Source: Oscillospiraceae bacterium (GTDB lineage Bacteria; Bacillota; Clostridia; Oscillospirales; CAG-272). Taken from it: 64,000 nt of DNA. Positions 8,053-18,015 of the stretch are shown piece by piece; the first letter of the stretch is position 1; each line of letters begins with the position of its first letter. Where the stretch lies: assembly GCA_015064845.1 (NCBI GenBank), contig SVRL01000007.1:1790-65789 (forward strand), written 5' to 3'. The position numbers and the translations under genes were made by a program. Under the pieces are notes generated by a model. The model searched no databases. It saw only the letters and a program-made list of their open reading frames with translations, and was not told the origin of the DNA.

Positions 8053-10521
8053 TTATTCGGTCAATTTGAATTGCTCAACCAAAGCATCGATCAAGCCTTG
8101 ATGTTCTGCGCTGTGAATCGCTCTGATGTTCAGCTCAACGATTTTTCTCGGAAGAGCCATATCGGGGTTAGCGATGGCTGCGTACAATCTTTCCTTGGTT
8201 TCCGTTGCGAGTTGCATTTGCTGTAACAGTTTTGCGCAACGGGGCAGAAGATCGCCGTTATCCGTAATGAGCGTTTCGCCCGTGATGATAAATTTGATTT
8301 CAGAGGATGTTTTCGCGGATACGGTTACGGTGACGGAGTTTGTTTTTGCATCGTATTTCGTTTTGATTTCCGTTTCACTGCCGTCAATGAATGCTTTTAT
8401 GCTGATATTTTTATCAAATCCTCTGAAAATGAAGCGATAATTTCTGACTTCGGGCAACAGTTCCGTAGCGCCTTGCGCGGGTTTTACGGTAAACGCGGGA
8501 CTTTCTTTCCAATCCAGAATCATTTCCGTCTGCGCAAATTCGCCGCGTGTGAATCCGTCGCCGTCGCCGGCATCTTCATAGAGCTTGAAAGCTCCCGACT
8601 TTCCGGGGAATACGCAAACGCAAAGGTCATTTCCCGCTTTCAGTTTGCTCGCGTCTTGCAAAGGCACGATTGCGCCTGCTTTTGCAAATACGGGCATATC
8701 ATTTATGCTTCTGTGAACGGATAACGTTCTTCCGTTTTTGCTCGTGTAATGCGTACCCTTGAAGAAGTCGAACCAATCTCCCTTGGGGAACCATACGTTC
8801 GTACTGCCGAGTTTTGTGATGCGGTTATTCGGGGCTGTGATCGGCGCGACCATCAATTCCGTTCCGTACATATACTGATTTTTCGCATCATACGCTCCGC
8901 TCGCTTTGGGATAAGAATAGTACATCGGCTGAATCAACGGTTCGAGCTCCGTATGGTTGCGGTAAGTCATGGTATAAATATAAGGGAAGAGCTTATGTCT
9001 GAAACGCAGCCATTCTTTCATAATGCCTTCGGTTTTTTCTTCGTAGCACCAAGGCTCTTTGCGGACGAATTCCGTATTGGAACTGTGCAAACGATTGATG
9101 GGAGAAAATACACCGAATTGCAGCCAGCGCACGTTAAGCTCGTCATCACGGTACCCCGACATATGTCCGCCGATATCATGGCTCCACCATCCGTATCCGG
9201 CGTTGGATGCCGTAGCGGTAAAATACGGCTGAAAGTTCAAGGATTCCCACGTAACGAACGCATCGCCTGAGAAGCCGACGGGATAACGCTGGGAGCCGGG
9301 GCCGCTGTAACGGGAGAAAAACATCGGTCTTTTTCCGTTGCGCTTGATATCTCCGATATGCAAATGGTTTAACATCCACAGCGGATCCAGAATTTCGCGC
9401 TCGTCATGTAAGTTGCCGTTGATGTTGGGTTCGTGGATCCACCAGTAGTTTCCGCCTTGCTGCCAGTCCATCCACCAGAAATCAACGCCGTCCTTTTCAT
9501 ACGGATGATGCAAAATATCAAAGTAATTTTCCATAAATTCAGGGGATAAGAGATCCAATTTCACACGCGCTTTGGTTTTGGGATCAATGCCGCACGCGAG
9601 CGCCATTTCCTCATACATATCCTCATGACAGCCGACACCTTGCGCGGGGTGGAGGTTCAGGGAAACCTTGAGATCGTGCGCTTTTAAGAATTTGAGAAAT
9701 TCTTTATAATCGGGAAACAGCTCTTTGTTCCATGAATATCCCGTCCAGCCGTTTGTGAATTTTCTCGGCTCGTCGCCCTTGCATTCGTCGGGAATTCTGG
9801 TAACGTGCCAGTCCATATCCACGACGCTGACGGAGAGCGGAACGTCCTCTTCCTCAAATTTTTCAACCAGCTCCTGATATTCTTCCTGCGTATAATCGTG
9901 ATATCTGCTCCACCAGTTACCCAGCGCGTAAGCGGGAAGCATGGGAGGAATGCCCGTCAGACGGAAAAGATCTTTGACGGCATCCGAATAACGGAATCCG
10001 TAGCCCCAGAAATAAAGGTCTTTCGTGTTCGGTACTCTGACTTCCACCCAGCCGATATCGTTCAGAAGCATGGATTTGCTGTCATCCATGACGGAAAAAC
10101 CGTTTCTGGAGCAAACGCCTCTGCCCAGAGGAACGGCGCCGTTTACGCTGTCTACGGTTCTTGCGGTTCCACCCAAGTCTTCAAAATCTTCTCCGAAATT
10201 CCATGAAGATGCAGGCTCGTTTTTTAATTTGAAGGTCAACGTATCTTCCGCAAAATCGGCGTTTTCCCGATACGTAACGATCAGATTTTCCGTTTCAATT
10301 CTCAGTAAGCCGTTTTCTGACTCAGCAGAGAATTTATTTTTGGGAAAATCTCTGAAAAATACGCTTTGGCTTGCTCTGTCTTCAAAAACACCTTGTTCGC
10401 TGTACTCCATTCGAATCAGCGAAGGCGTTAAAATACTGAAGCGGTATTTTTCGCCGCGTACAGTGTTCTCGGGCAAAGCAAGCGGTCTTGTTTCCCACAG
10501 GAATCTTGTTTTGTCTTTCAT
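8053..10521 (-). CDS. Glycoside hydrolase family 31
   Basis: 822 aa. DFWWMDWQQGG and FFSRYSGPGSQRYPVGFSGD are GH31 signature blocks. No signal peptide. AAGGAGG RBS. Confidence 0.88.
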   Translation of the reverse strand: MKDKTRFLWETRPLALPENTVRGEKYRFSILTPSLIRMEYSEQGVFEDRASQSVFFRDFPKNKFSAESENGLLRIETENLIVTYRENADFAEDTLTFKLKNEPASSWNFGEDFEDLGGTARTVDSVNGAVPLGRGVCSRNGFSVMDDSKSMLLNDIGWVEVRVPNTKDLYFWGYGFRYSDAVKDLFRLTGIPPMLPAYALGNWWSRYHDYTQEEYQELVEKFEEEDVPLSVSVVDMDWHVTRIPDECKGDEPRKFTNGWTGYSWNKELFPDYKEFLKFLKAHDLKVSLNLHPAQGVGCHEDMYEEMALACGIDPKTKARVKLDLLSPEFMENYFDILHHPYEKDGVDFWWMDWQQGGNYWWIHEPNINGNLHDEREILDPLWMLNHLHIGDIKRNGKRPMFFSRYSGPGSQRYPVGFSGDAFVTWESLNFQPYFTATASNAGYGWWSHDIGGHMSGYRDDELNVRWLQFGVFSPINRLHSSNTEFVRKEPWCYEEKTEGIMKEWLRFRHKLFPYIYTMTYRNHTELEPLIQPMYYSYPKASGAYDAKNQYMYGTELMVAPITAPNNRITKLGSTNVWFPKGDWFDFFKGTHYTSKNGRTLSVHRSINDMPVFAKAGAIVPLQDASKLKAGNDLCVCVFPGKSGAFKLYEDAGDGDGFTRGEFAQTEMILDWKESPAFTVKPAQGATELLPEVRNYRFIFRGFDKNISIKAFIDGSETEIKTKYDAKTNSVTVTVSAKTSSEIKFIITGETLITDNGDLLPRCAKLLQQMQLATETKERLYAAIANPDMALPRKIVELNIRAIHSAEHQGLIDALVEQFKLTE

Positions 10522-10627
10522 AAAATGCCTCCTTGTTTGATGATATAACGGAATTTCACTGCTTTTATTGTATCACGAAGCTTTTCATTTTTCAATAAAA
10601 CGGATGAAGAAAGAAGAAAAAATTATA

Positions 10628-12247
10628 TCAAGTGATGTTCGAGGAGATCATTTCCCCCCAAGAGGTAACGTAAGTGTCTTTGAACGGTAAAAGAGGTTCT
10701 TCCAATTCCGCGATTTCGGAAATTTTACCGTCGGCATAATCGAGCAAACGCTCTTTACAGCTTTCCAATCTGCGTTTCAAACCGCCGAGGCGCGCATCCT
10801 GAACTTCAAATCCGAAGGTTTTATTGATTTGATACCATTGATGGCGGAACGCTTTATAAAATTCATCCAACAGACGAACCGTTTCCGCATAATCGTTTTC
10901 CGCCAATGCGCGAAGTCCTTGCTTGTCGCCCGCTTCGTAAAGCGCGCGTGTTTTTTTCGCAAGCAATAATTTTTTGGAAAGTACACCGCAAAGAGCGGAC
11001 ATCGTTTCGTAAAGGCAGCCGTAACGTTCGCTTTTTTCGGCAAGCTTTTGCAAACGGGATGCATAAACGGAAAGCAGCGTATCGTCCCCCGCTTTCAGCG
11101 CGGCGCTCATCGTACCCATAAAGGGATCGTCATAGAGATGGGTTTTACAATAGTTGCAGGCGCTGTGTTGGAAATACGGAGATTCCACGGGAACGTTTTC
11201 TCCGAAAATATAATTGGGAAGATCGAGGTCGATAAAATCGTCAAAGCGCTCTCCCGTGATTTCTGAAAATTCGGCTTTCATTTCTTCTTCGGAAAGTCCC
11301 CTCGCAATCGCAGCGGCATGCATGAGCGCAGGGAGCGCCGCTTCATACGCGCATTCTCCGCCGTTATCGCCCCAAAGCGTGAAAAAGGCTTGGGTAACAC
11401 CGTTTTTCAAACAGCTTTGCAAAGCAATTTCATTGCGCTTCATGCTGTAACGGTTGTGAGGAGAAAAGGTATTCCACGTCCAGGCACCGCCCGAAAACCA
11501 AATGTTTTTGGAAAGCTTTTTCGTGGAAAGGAGCATGGCATCGTAACGCGAGGATTCCATGCCGAAATAATCCCAATGTACCATTTCACAGCCTTCGGGA
11601 ACGGCGTTTTTGATTTCGGGCGGAAAATCCCGCACTTCGTCGGAACAGAACACGCCCGGCGAGAGATTGAAGAAAAGATCGTTTGCCATCATCGTGGAAG
11701 TGAAGCCGTGCTTTTTCGCAATTTCACAAACGCGGTTCAAGTGTTTCATCAAAAGCGCGTAACGGTCGGTATGACCGTGAAGATCCAGATATTTTCCGAG
11801 ACCTACGTGATGCGCTTCATCCATGCCGAGATGAACGCGTCGGGAAGAAAAGGTTTTGGAAAGGGTTGAAAAAATATTTTCCAGAAGCTCGTAGGTGCGC
11901 GGCTCGTCGATTAAAAGAATATCGTCGATGTCAAAAATTTTATGACGGTATGCGCGCCAATATTTCAGCTGATTCAAATGCGCAAGCGTCTGAATAAAAG
12001 GAATCAGTTCAATGCCGAGCGAAGCCGCATAACGGTCGATCTCCTGAAGTTCTTCTGTGGAATAACGTCCGCGTCTGTAACCGAAATACGGTTCGTTTTC
12101 CACTTCATAAGTATCTTCGGTATACAGCATGACCGCGTTATATCCCATTTTGGCAATCGCATCCATAAAACGTTTCAATCCTTCCACGCAGGGAACGGCG
12201 TTACGGGAACAGTCGATCATTACGCCGAATTTTTCAAAATTTTTCAT
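10628..12247 (-). CDS. Glycoside hydrolase family 20 (beta-N-acetylhexosaminidase-like)
   Basis: GVMIDCSRN, and HLGMDEAHHVG, which holds the GH20 Asp-Glu pair context. Start placed at MKNFEKF (12247) after GGAGGAAAC. Confidence 0.82.
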   Translation of the reverse strand: MKNFEKFGVMIDCSRNAVPCVEGLKRFMDAIAKMGYNAVMLYTEDTYEVENEPYFGYRRGRYSTEELQEIDRYAASLGIELIPFIQTLAHLNQLKYWRAYRHKIFDIDDILLIDEPRTYELLENIFSTLSKTFSSRRVHLGMDEAHHVGLGKYLDLHGHTDRYALLMKHLNRVCEIAKKHGFTSTMMANDLFFNLSPGVFCSDEVRDFPPEIKNAVPEGCEMVHWDYFGMESSRYDAMLLSTKKLSKNIWFSGGAWTWNTFSPHNRYSMKRNEIALQSCLKNGVTQAFFTLWGDNGGECAYEAALPALMHAAAIARGLSEEEMKAEFSEITGERFDDFIDLDLPNYIFGENVPVESPYFQHSACNYCKTHLYDDPFMGTMSAALKAGDDTLLSVYASRLQKLAEKSERYGCLYETMSALCGVLSKKLLLAKKTRALYEAGDKQGLRALAENDYAETVRLLDEFYKAFRHQWYQINKTFGFEVQDARLGGLKRRLESCKERLLDYADGKISEIAELEEPLLPFKDTYVTSWGEMISSNIT

Positions 12248-12410
12248 GATGTTTCCTCCGAAACTATTTCTTTTTTTCAGTATAACAACTGTTTCTGTTC
12301 TTGTCAATGAGATTTTCTTTGACAAAAGAGAAAAGCCGTGTTATAATAATGAAATAAGCAATGCTTGTCCGAAGATGCTTTTTGAAATAAAACGAATTGA
12401 GGTAACGCTG

Positions 12411-13085
12411 ATGTTTCATATACTTGTGGTTGACGATGATAAAAACACGAGATTGCTTTTCCGCGCCGTTTTGGAGGATGCGGGCTATACCGTTACAACG
12501 GCGAATGACGGAGAACACGCTCTTGACATTATGGACAAAGAACACGTGGATCTTGTGGTTTTGGATATTATGATGCCGAATATGGACGGCTATGAATTTA
12601 CAAAGCTTTTGAGAGAATCGCAAAACAATTTGCCGATCCTGATGGTTTCCGCAAAACAGCTTCCTGCCGATAAACATAAAGGATTTTTGGCGGGGACGGA
12701 TGATTATATGACCAAACCGATCGACGATGAAGAAATGCTTTATCGGATCAAGGCGCTGTTGCGCCGAGCGAAGATTGCAAGCGAGCATAAAATTTATGTT
12801 GGAGACGTGGTTCTGGATTATGATTCCCTGACCGTGACGAAAGGTTCGGTTATTCAAGAGCTTCCGCAAAAGGAATTTATGCTGCTTTACAAATTGCTTT
12901 CCTATCCCGGAAAGATTTTTACGCGGATTCAGCTGATGGATGAGATTTGGGGCGCGGAAAGCAATACGGGTTGGGAAACGGTAACCGTACATATCGGCAG
13001 ATTGCGAAAACGATTTGAAGCATGGGATGAATTTGCCATCGAATCTGTGCGCGGACTCGGCTATAAGGCGGTGAAAAAGGTATGA
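12411..13085 (+). CDS. OmpR/PhoB-family response regulator
   Basis: Receiver domain (ILVVDDD...DLVVLDIMMPNMDG...SAK) plus a winged-helix output domain (VHIGRLRKRF...GLGYK). The ORF-track extension upstream of 12411 is a non-coding read-through. Confidence 0.93.
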   Translation: MFHILVVDDDKNTRLLFRAVLEDAGYTVTTANDGEHALDIMDKEHVDLVVLDIMMPNMDGYEFTKLLRESQNNLPILMVSAKQLPADKHKGFLAGTDDYMTKPIDDEEMLYRIKALLRRAKIASEHKIYVGDVVLDYDSLTVTKGSVIQELPQKEFMLLYKLLSYPGKIFTRIQLMDEIWGAESNTGWETVTVHIGRLRKRFEAWDEFAIESVRGLGYKAVKKV

Positions 13086-14173
13086 AAAAGCGTAAGGGGC
13101 TCAAAGCGGAATTGCAGGAGCAAACGCAACGGTTTTCTTTGGTTTTGATTTGGTCGATCGTTTGCTTTTTCGTTTTATTGATTGCCGTTTTTCTTGCGAT
13201 CGGATTGGTGTTTCTCTTGGTTCGTCTGAATGTTTTCAAAGGTGTCCCGCAGGAGATTCGCATGAGCAATTTCGTTTTGATTTTGATTCTGACCAGCGCA
13301 GTGATGGGATGGGCTCTTGTTTTATTGATCGGCAAAATTCCTTTGATCCCGATCAATCGCTTTGTCAACGGACTGAACAGCTTGGCTGCGGGAAATTTCA
13401 AAACGCGCATTTCTTATAAAGGGCTTCTCGGACATTCTCACACCTTTCAGGAGATTACGGAAAGCTTCAATAAACTTGCCAAAGAATTGGAAAGCACAGA
13501 AATGCTCCGTTCGGATTTTATCAATAATTTTTCTCATGAGTTCAAAACGCCGATCGTTTCCATTGCAGGGTTTGCGAAATTACTGAAAAAGGAAAATCTG
13601 ACCGATGAGCAGAGAAAACAGTATCTGGAAGCCATCGAAGAAGAATCTATGCGGCTTGCTTATATGGCAACCAATATTCTGAATCTGACAAAGATTGAAA
13701 ATCAAGAAATTCTGACGGATATCACGCAGTTCAATCTTTCCGAGCAGGTGCGGTTTGCGGTATTGCTTCTGGAAGAAAAATGGGTAAAAAAGAATATTGA
13801 TTTGCAATTGGATTTTGATGAATATATGGTTGAGGCAAACGAAGAGCTTTTGAAACAGGTCTGGATCAATCTTGTGGATAACGCCGTTAAGTTTTCTCCT
13901 CGGGGCGGAACGGTTTCTTTGGATATCCGTGAAATGGGCGGTTCGTTTCTTGTTTCTGTCAGCAATGGGGGGCAGGGGATTCCCGCGGATAAACAAAAGA
14001 TGATTTTTCGTAAATTTTATCAGGCAGATGAATCTCACGCGCAGGAAGGAAACGGCATTGGTCTTGCCATCGTGAAAAAAATCGTGGATTTACATGACGG
14101 AAAGGTCTCTTTTGCGAGTGAAAACGGCTTGACCGTTTTTACGGTGGAATTACCGAAAAAGCAGTGGTTTTGA
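13082..14173 (+). CDS. Sensor histidine kinase (two TM helices, HAMP, HisKA, HATPase)
   Basis: H-box FSHEFKTPI, N-box LVDNAVKF and G-box GNGIGLAIV. ATGA overlap with the regulator gene. Confidence 0.93.
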   Translation: MKKRKGLKAELQEQTQRFSLVLIWSIVCFFVLLIAVFLAIGLVFLLVRLNVFKGVPQEIRMSNFVLILILTSAVMGWALVLLIGKIPLIPINRFVNGLNSLAAGNFKTRISYKGLLGHSHTFQEITESFNKLAKELESTEMLRSDFINNFSHEFKTPIVSIAGFAKLLKKENLTDEQRKQYLEAIEEESMRLAYMATNILNLTKIENQEILTDITQFNLSEQVRFAVLLLEEKWVKKNIDLQLDFDEYMVEANEELLKQVWINLVDNAVKFSPRGGTVSLDIREMGGSFLVSVSNGGQGIPADKQKMIFRKFYQADESHAQEGNGIGLAIVKKIVDLHDGKVSFASENGLTVFTVELPKKQWF

Positions 14174-14224
14174 TATAGACGTGAAATAAATTTAGTATAT
14201 AAAATTAAGAAGAGGAAAACACTT

Positions 14225-15592
14225 ATGAAGATTGCGGCGGATTACGGTTTCAAAGCAGACAATGACGGTTTTGAAAATGCCCGTGCATTGCAAAATGCAG
14301 TGCTTGGCGGTGGTGAAATTTTGATCGACCGACCGGGTGTTTATGAAATCGCGGATACGGTCATGTTGGATGACGGCACGGACTTGCGTTTTTGTGAAGG
14401 TGCATATCTGAAAAGGATGAATAATCCCGATGAAAACGGTTATGTTTTTATTAACAGAGGCGCATATACGAAAACGTACAATGAAAATATTTCCGTTACG
14501 GGGCTCAAACTGATTTGCAATGACGTGATTGCTTCTCCGGAAACGAAGAATTCCGAAAAAGTTATTCTCGGTTTGATTGGACATTGCAGTTTCTTTTACG
14601 TGAAAAATCTGAAGATTCGGAATTTTGAATGTCTTGATCTGCCGAAAAAGAATTTTTGTATTCACATATGTACGTTTGAAAACGTGGAATTGGAAAATCT
14701 TCGCATCGAGGGTATGAAGGATGCCGTGCATTTCGGCAGAGGGAAGAATTTTTCGGTACGGCACGGAATATTCCGTACTTTCGACGATCCGATTGCACTC
14801 AACGGTCATGATTACGTGAATTCCAATCCCGAGCTCGGTTGGATTGAGAACGGTATCGTTGAGGATTGTTATGATCTCGACGCAGATTCCACTACGGGAT
14901 ATTTTTGCCGTATTTTAGCGGGAGCGTGGACGGATTGGCATGAGGGAATGCTCGTTCAGCGTTCGGATACCGTGGTTTCGGAAGGCCGTATGTACCGCGT
15001 ATGTATGCCGGGCGACGGGAAATCTTACCGTTCCGTTACCCGTCCGACACATAAGAGCGGAGAAAAGGAATATGACGGTTTTGTTTGGGCGGCGGTACAG
15101 GAAGATATTACTTATACCGCAGGCTGCCGTAACATTCATTTTAAGGATATTCATTTGCAAAAGAAACGTTCCGTCGCATTTTCCATTCATTTTGACAGAA
15201 ATGAATGGTCGCGCAGTTATTATCCGAATGCCGAGTCTCCCGTTCAGGAGAATATTACCTTTGAAAATATCATTTCGGAATCGGAGGATCTTCCCGTATT
15301 GCTTTGGACGCTTTCGCCTGTTGATCGCGTGCATTTTAAGGATTGTACGTTGAAAAATAATTTTATTCGTTTTGGATGTCTTCGCGCGGAAGGTATCGTG
15401 TATCAAACGACGGAGATCATGCTCGAAGGAACGAATTTCACGGAAGAAATACCTCTGTTGGTTCAATGTGCTCCCGGAAGAAGCATTGATCTGCATGTCG
15501 TAAACTCCAAAAATAAAAATTTTTCCTCTGAAATTATGGGCGATGTGCGGATTTGTGAATCGGATATTTCGCTTGGTAAAAGAGAGCGTTGA
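14225..15592 (+). CDS. Right-handed beta-helix protein (pectate-lyase-3/GH28-like), cytoplasmic
   Basis: The N-terminus (AADYGFKADNDGFENARALQNAV..GGEILIDRPGVYEI) matches the tailspike/rhamnogalacturonase-type start. Repeats of about 25 aa are hydrophobic/Asn-rich. No signal peptide. Confidence 0.6.
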   Translation: MKIAADYGFKADNDGFENARALQNAVLGGGEILIDRPGVYEIADTVMLDDGTDLRFCEGAYLKRMNNPDENGYVFINRGAYTKTYNENISVTGLKLICNDVIASPETKNSEKVILGLIGHCSFFYVKNLKIRNFECLDLPKKNFCIHICTFENVELENLRIEGMKDAVHFGRGKNFSVRHGIFRTFDDPIALNGHDYVNSNPELGWIENGIVEDCYDLDADSTTGYFCRILAGAWTDWHEGMLVQRSDTVVSEGRMYRVCMPGDGKSYRSVTRPTHKSGEKEYDGFVWAAVQEDITYTAGCRNIHFKDIHLQKKRSVAFSIHFDRNEWSRSYYPNAESPVQENITFENIISESEDLPVLLWTLSPVDRVHFKDCTLKNNFIRFGCLRAEGIVYQTTEIMLEGTNFTEEIPLLVQCAPGRSIDLHVVNSKNKNFSSEIMGDVRICESDISLGKRER

Positions 15593-15647
15593 TATTTATC
15601 GTTTGATACTTCATCGAACTCGCGTTAACACAGCATATAAAAGCAAA

Positions 15648-15684
15648 GAAAACCGCTGCAGATCAGACTCTGTGGCGGTTTTCT
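15648..15684. terminator. Bidirectional hairpin terminator between convergent genes
   Basis: AAAACCGCTGCAG-ATCAGACT-CTGTGGCGGTTTT, with A- and T-runs on either side. Confidence 0.7.
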
Positions 15685-15699
15685 TAAATCAGTTTAAGG

Positions 15700-17157
15700 T
15701 TAGAATTTCATATTCTGAAGCATTTTTTGAAGCATCTTTTGTATTTCAATAACATATTCAAAGCATTGCGTGGCTTTTATACGGTTGAATGATCCCGTAT
15801 GTGCAGCGGGGTTTCGAAAATCTACTCTCAAACGTTCGATGAAATTACAGTTGCGTTCGATTTCTTGCTTAACTTTTTCCGTTGGCATTCCTGTAAAAAG
15901 GATGTTTTTTGCGTAATCCAAAAAAATGGGAGAGATATTATAACGGTCGATTTTTGCGATATTTACAAAGCTTCCCAACGTGAATATTTCGGTCGGCTTT
16001 GTAATCCCTCGGTGCCTGTCTGTGTAAAGCATGACTTTCGGCCATTTTCCGTAGTCATCTCTAAATCTTTTTTGCAAATACTGCTGATATCCTATGAAAA
16101 AACGTTTTGATGCTTCCAGTTCGACTGTTTTTGTAATCAGAAGACATACGCCTGAATAATCCATGGAAAGGGAGGTATCAGTCTTCAACATACTTTCAAA
16201 TGTATACCGTGCTGTGATCAAATAGGATTTAGTGGATTCATCTAATTTGTTCCAGGTTGATTCGTCGATGCTTTCTTTTAAAATGTTTTCGCATGTGGAA
16301 ACTGCAAGGCGGTTGGCATATTTTTCCCGTATGTTTTGAAGAATTTTCGTGATTTCATTTTGAGAAAGTATCTCGCAGTTTTCTGTTTCATCGCCATAGG
16401 ATGAAAGGAGTTGTTTTTTTCGTTCGTCAATGGCTGCCATGCAGTTCAGAAGTTCGCTTTTGGGAATTCCTACGCAGTTCAGTATGTCATTCTGAAGGGC
16501 GACAATATTATTTAAACGGAGGATTTCCTTTGCTTTTTGCGTGTCGCTTTCACGCAATTGATTGTTGGCTGCTTCTAAAAAAGTGCATTTGTATTTCATA
16601 AGCTGGAAATCGATGACCATTTTTTCTGCTTCGCTTGCAAAAAGAGAATCCCGAATATCGATCAATTTTCCTGTGCGATACAAAAGATATGGAGAAGAAA
16701 ACAAAGCGGCAAGCGTGTTAAAATCTTTATCTGCATCGGAGAACAATTCTTGTCCGGCACGAATGAAAGAAATGATTCTCGTGTTTTCTCCGATGTATTT
16801 GTCCAATTTTCGTCGATCGCTGAAATTTACATTATGTAAGATGAGCAGTTCCGCATTTTTTAACGTCTCTCTTTTTTCGTTGATGATTGTGTTGACCGTA
16901 TCACATTCGCAGGGAAGAGAACGCAAGCGGAATTGTTCCTCGAATTGGAAGATGCGGTTACGCCAACTGCTTAAAAAAATGATTTTTCTGCTTTTTTGCT
17001 TTTCCGCGAAAATATATGACACTATCTTTGTTCCGTGTCCGACGGGGACAATGACGGAAAGATGGCCGGCGCCGTGATCTTTGAGCCATAGTGTGAGCTC
17101 TTCAAGAAGTTTACACTGTGTTTTGCTTAATTGATCTTCTTTGATAAGATTTATCAT
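15700..17157 (-). CDS. Orphan protein: degenerate P-loop/helicase-like N-domain, coiled coil and C-terminal HEPN-like (Rx4H) domain
   Basis: 485 aa with an AAGGAGA RBS, visibly AT-rich. GHGTK at residues 40-44, LLILHNV at 104-110, and RNPAAH at 448-453 (nt 15799-15816). Confidence 0.8.
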   Translation of the reverse strand: MINLIKEDQLSKTQCKLLEELTLWLKDHGAGHLSVIVPVGHGTKIVSYIFAEKQKSRKIIFLSSWRNRIFQFEEQFRLRSLPCECDTVNTIINEKRETLKNAELLILHNVNFSDRRKLDKYIGENTRIISFIRAGQELFSDADKDFNTLAALFSSPYLLYRTGKLIDIRDSLFASEAEKMVIDFQLMKYKCTFLEAANNQLRESDTQKAKEILRLNNIVALQNDILNCVGIPKSELLNCMAAIDERKKQLLSSYGDETENCEILSQNEITKILQNIREKYANRLAVSTCENILKESIDESTWNKLDESTKSYLITARYTFESMLKTDTSLSMDYSGVCLLITKTVELEASKRFFIGYQQYLQKRFRDDYGKWPKVMLYTDRHRGITKPTEIFTLGSFVNIAKIDRYNISPIFLDYAKNILFTGMPTEKVKQEIERNCNFIERLRVDFRNPAAHTGSFNRIKATQCFEYVIEIQKMLQKMLQNMKF

Positions 17158-17242
17158 TGTGCTTCTCCTTGTTGTTTTATGGTGTTGTTAAAAGATGAAA
17201 GTCGGCAGAAATTGTTCATAATAAAACGGTGCTGTGTCGATA

Positions 17243-17284
17243 CACAAAAATAACAGTGGCGGTTCCTGAATGGAATCGCCACTG
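17243..17284 (-). terminator. Terminator after tRNA-Pro
   Basis: On the minus strand, CAGTGGCG-loop-CGCCACTG followed by TTATTTTT. Confidence 0.7.
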
Positions 17285-17289
17285 AATGG

Positions 17290-17365
17290 TGGTCGGAGCG
17301 ACAGGACTCGAACCTGCGGCATTCTGCTCCCAAAGCAGACGCGCTACCAACTGCGCCACACCCCG
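17290..17365 (-). tRNA. tRNA-Pro (anticodon UGG)
   Basis: 76-nt cloverleaf folded by hand. Acceptor stem CGGGGTG/CGCTCCG, anticodon stem TCTGC/GCAGA with loop TTTGGGA, T-loop TTCGAGT, and an encoded CCA. Confidence 0.93.
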
Positions 17366-17601
17366 ATAAAATAATTAATTTTATAAAATAAACTTAATTA
17401 TATACTGAAACACAGGGTTACGGAATGCAGCTGTCCGCTTGCGCTTCCTGTTGCCACTCCTTATTCCCCAATCAATATAACGAGATGATTATGTGCATGG
17501 TTAAACACACATAACATATTTATTATATATGAAAAAAATCTTTTTGTCAAGAATAAAATGGTTTTTTATGAAAAAAATTTAAAAAACTTTTTAAAAAGGT
17601 A

Positions 17602-17630
17602 TTGACATTTTGAAAAAGATGGTATATAAT
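17602..17630 (+). promoter_or_regulatory. Consensus sigma-A promoter for tRNA-Leu
   Basis: TTGACA (17602-17607), a 17-nt spacer and TATAAT (17625-17630). Confidence 0.8.
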
Positions 17631-17681
17631 GATTAACGTCCGCAGGGGATGAGCTTGAATGCCTCCCGCTGTCAGTTAAAT

Positions 17682-17765
17682 GCGAGAGTGGCGGAACTGG
17701 TAGACGCGCACGTTTGAGGGGCGTGTGGATTCACCGTACGGGTTCAAGTCCCGTTTCTCGCACCA
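17682..17765 (+). tRNA. tRNA-Leu (anticodon GAG), type II with a long variable arm
   Basis: Acceptor stem GCGAGAG/TTCTCGC, anticodon stem CACGT/GCGTG with loop TTGAGGG, T-arm ACGGG-TTCAAGT-CCCGT, and an encoded CCA. Confidence 0.92.
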
Positions 17766-17795
17766 AAAAGACCGATTTTTAATCGGTCTTTTTTT
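17766..17795 (+). terminator. tRNA-Leu terminator
   Basis: AAGACCGATT-TTTAA-TCGGTCTT followed by TTTTT. Confidence 0.85.
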
Positions 17796-17800
17796 CCATA

Positions 17801-17892
17801 GAAAATTGTTCAAATCAGCCCCGCCGTTGAGTTAATCATCAAGTTTGAATAAACTGCGATACGGGCGGCAACCGGGAGCGGCAACTTGCCGC
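17801..17892 (+). repeat. Intergenic repeat-family copy U2
   Basis: Same 5' block (GAAAATTG...CCCCGCCGT), the same 15-mer (AAACTGCGATACGGG) and the same 3' hairpin (GCGGCAA..TTGCCGC) as copy U1 at 7941-8052. Confidence 0.7.
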
Positions 17893-18015
17893 TTTCTACT
17901 CTGTAAGGATTTATGTAAATCAACTCTTTCGTCGGACAAAGCGCAGAGTTGAGGACCATTTGAGATATAATGACAACTTCGTGCGGACATTGCCCGCTTT
18001 TTTCTTTTTTAGGCT

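Noticed and set aside
7927-8226. 99-aa plus-strand ORF spanning the repeat element and the 3' end of the GH31 gene.
   Set aside because: It overlaps a strongly supported convergent CDS and a non-coding repeat, and it has no RBS.
12129-12410. N-terminal extension of the response regulator given by the ORF track. Similar extensions occur at 3345, 6160, 25302, 27554, 28855, 33247, 48080, 50590, 55188, 56409 and 60265.
   Set aside because: These are simply the longest open frames, often starting at TTG or GTG. The extensions lack RBSs, overlap promoters or neighbouring genes, and the family-typical N-termini begin at internal starts that do have good RBSs.
15593-17365. Integrated mobile element or genomic island at tRNA-Pro.
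   Set aside because: The position and AT-richness fit an island. However, there is no integrase or recombinase, and I could not find a direct repeat of the tRNA 3' end near 15600-15700. I therefore do not call a mobile element. At most it is a remnant or a single-gene islet.
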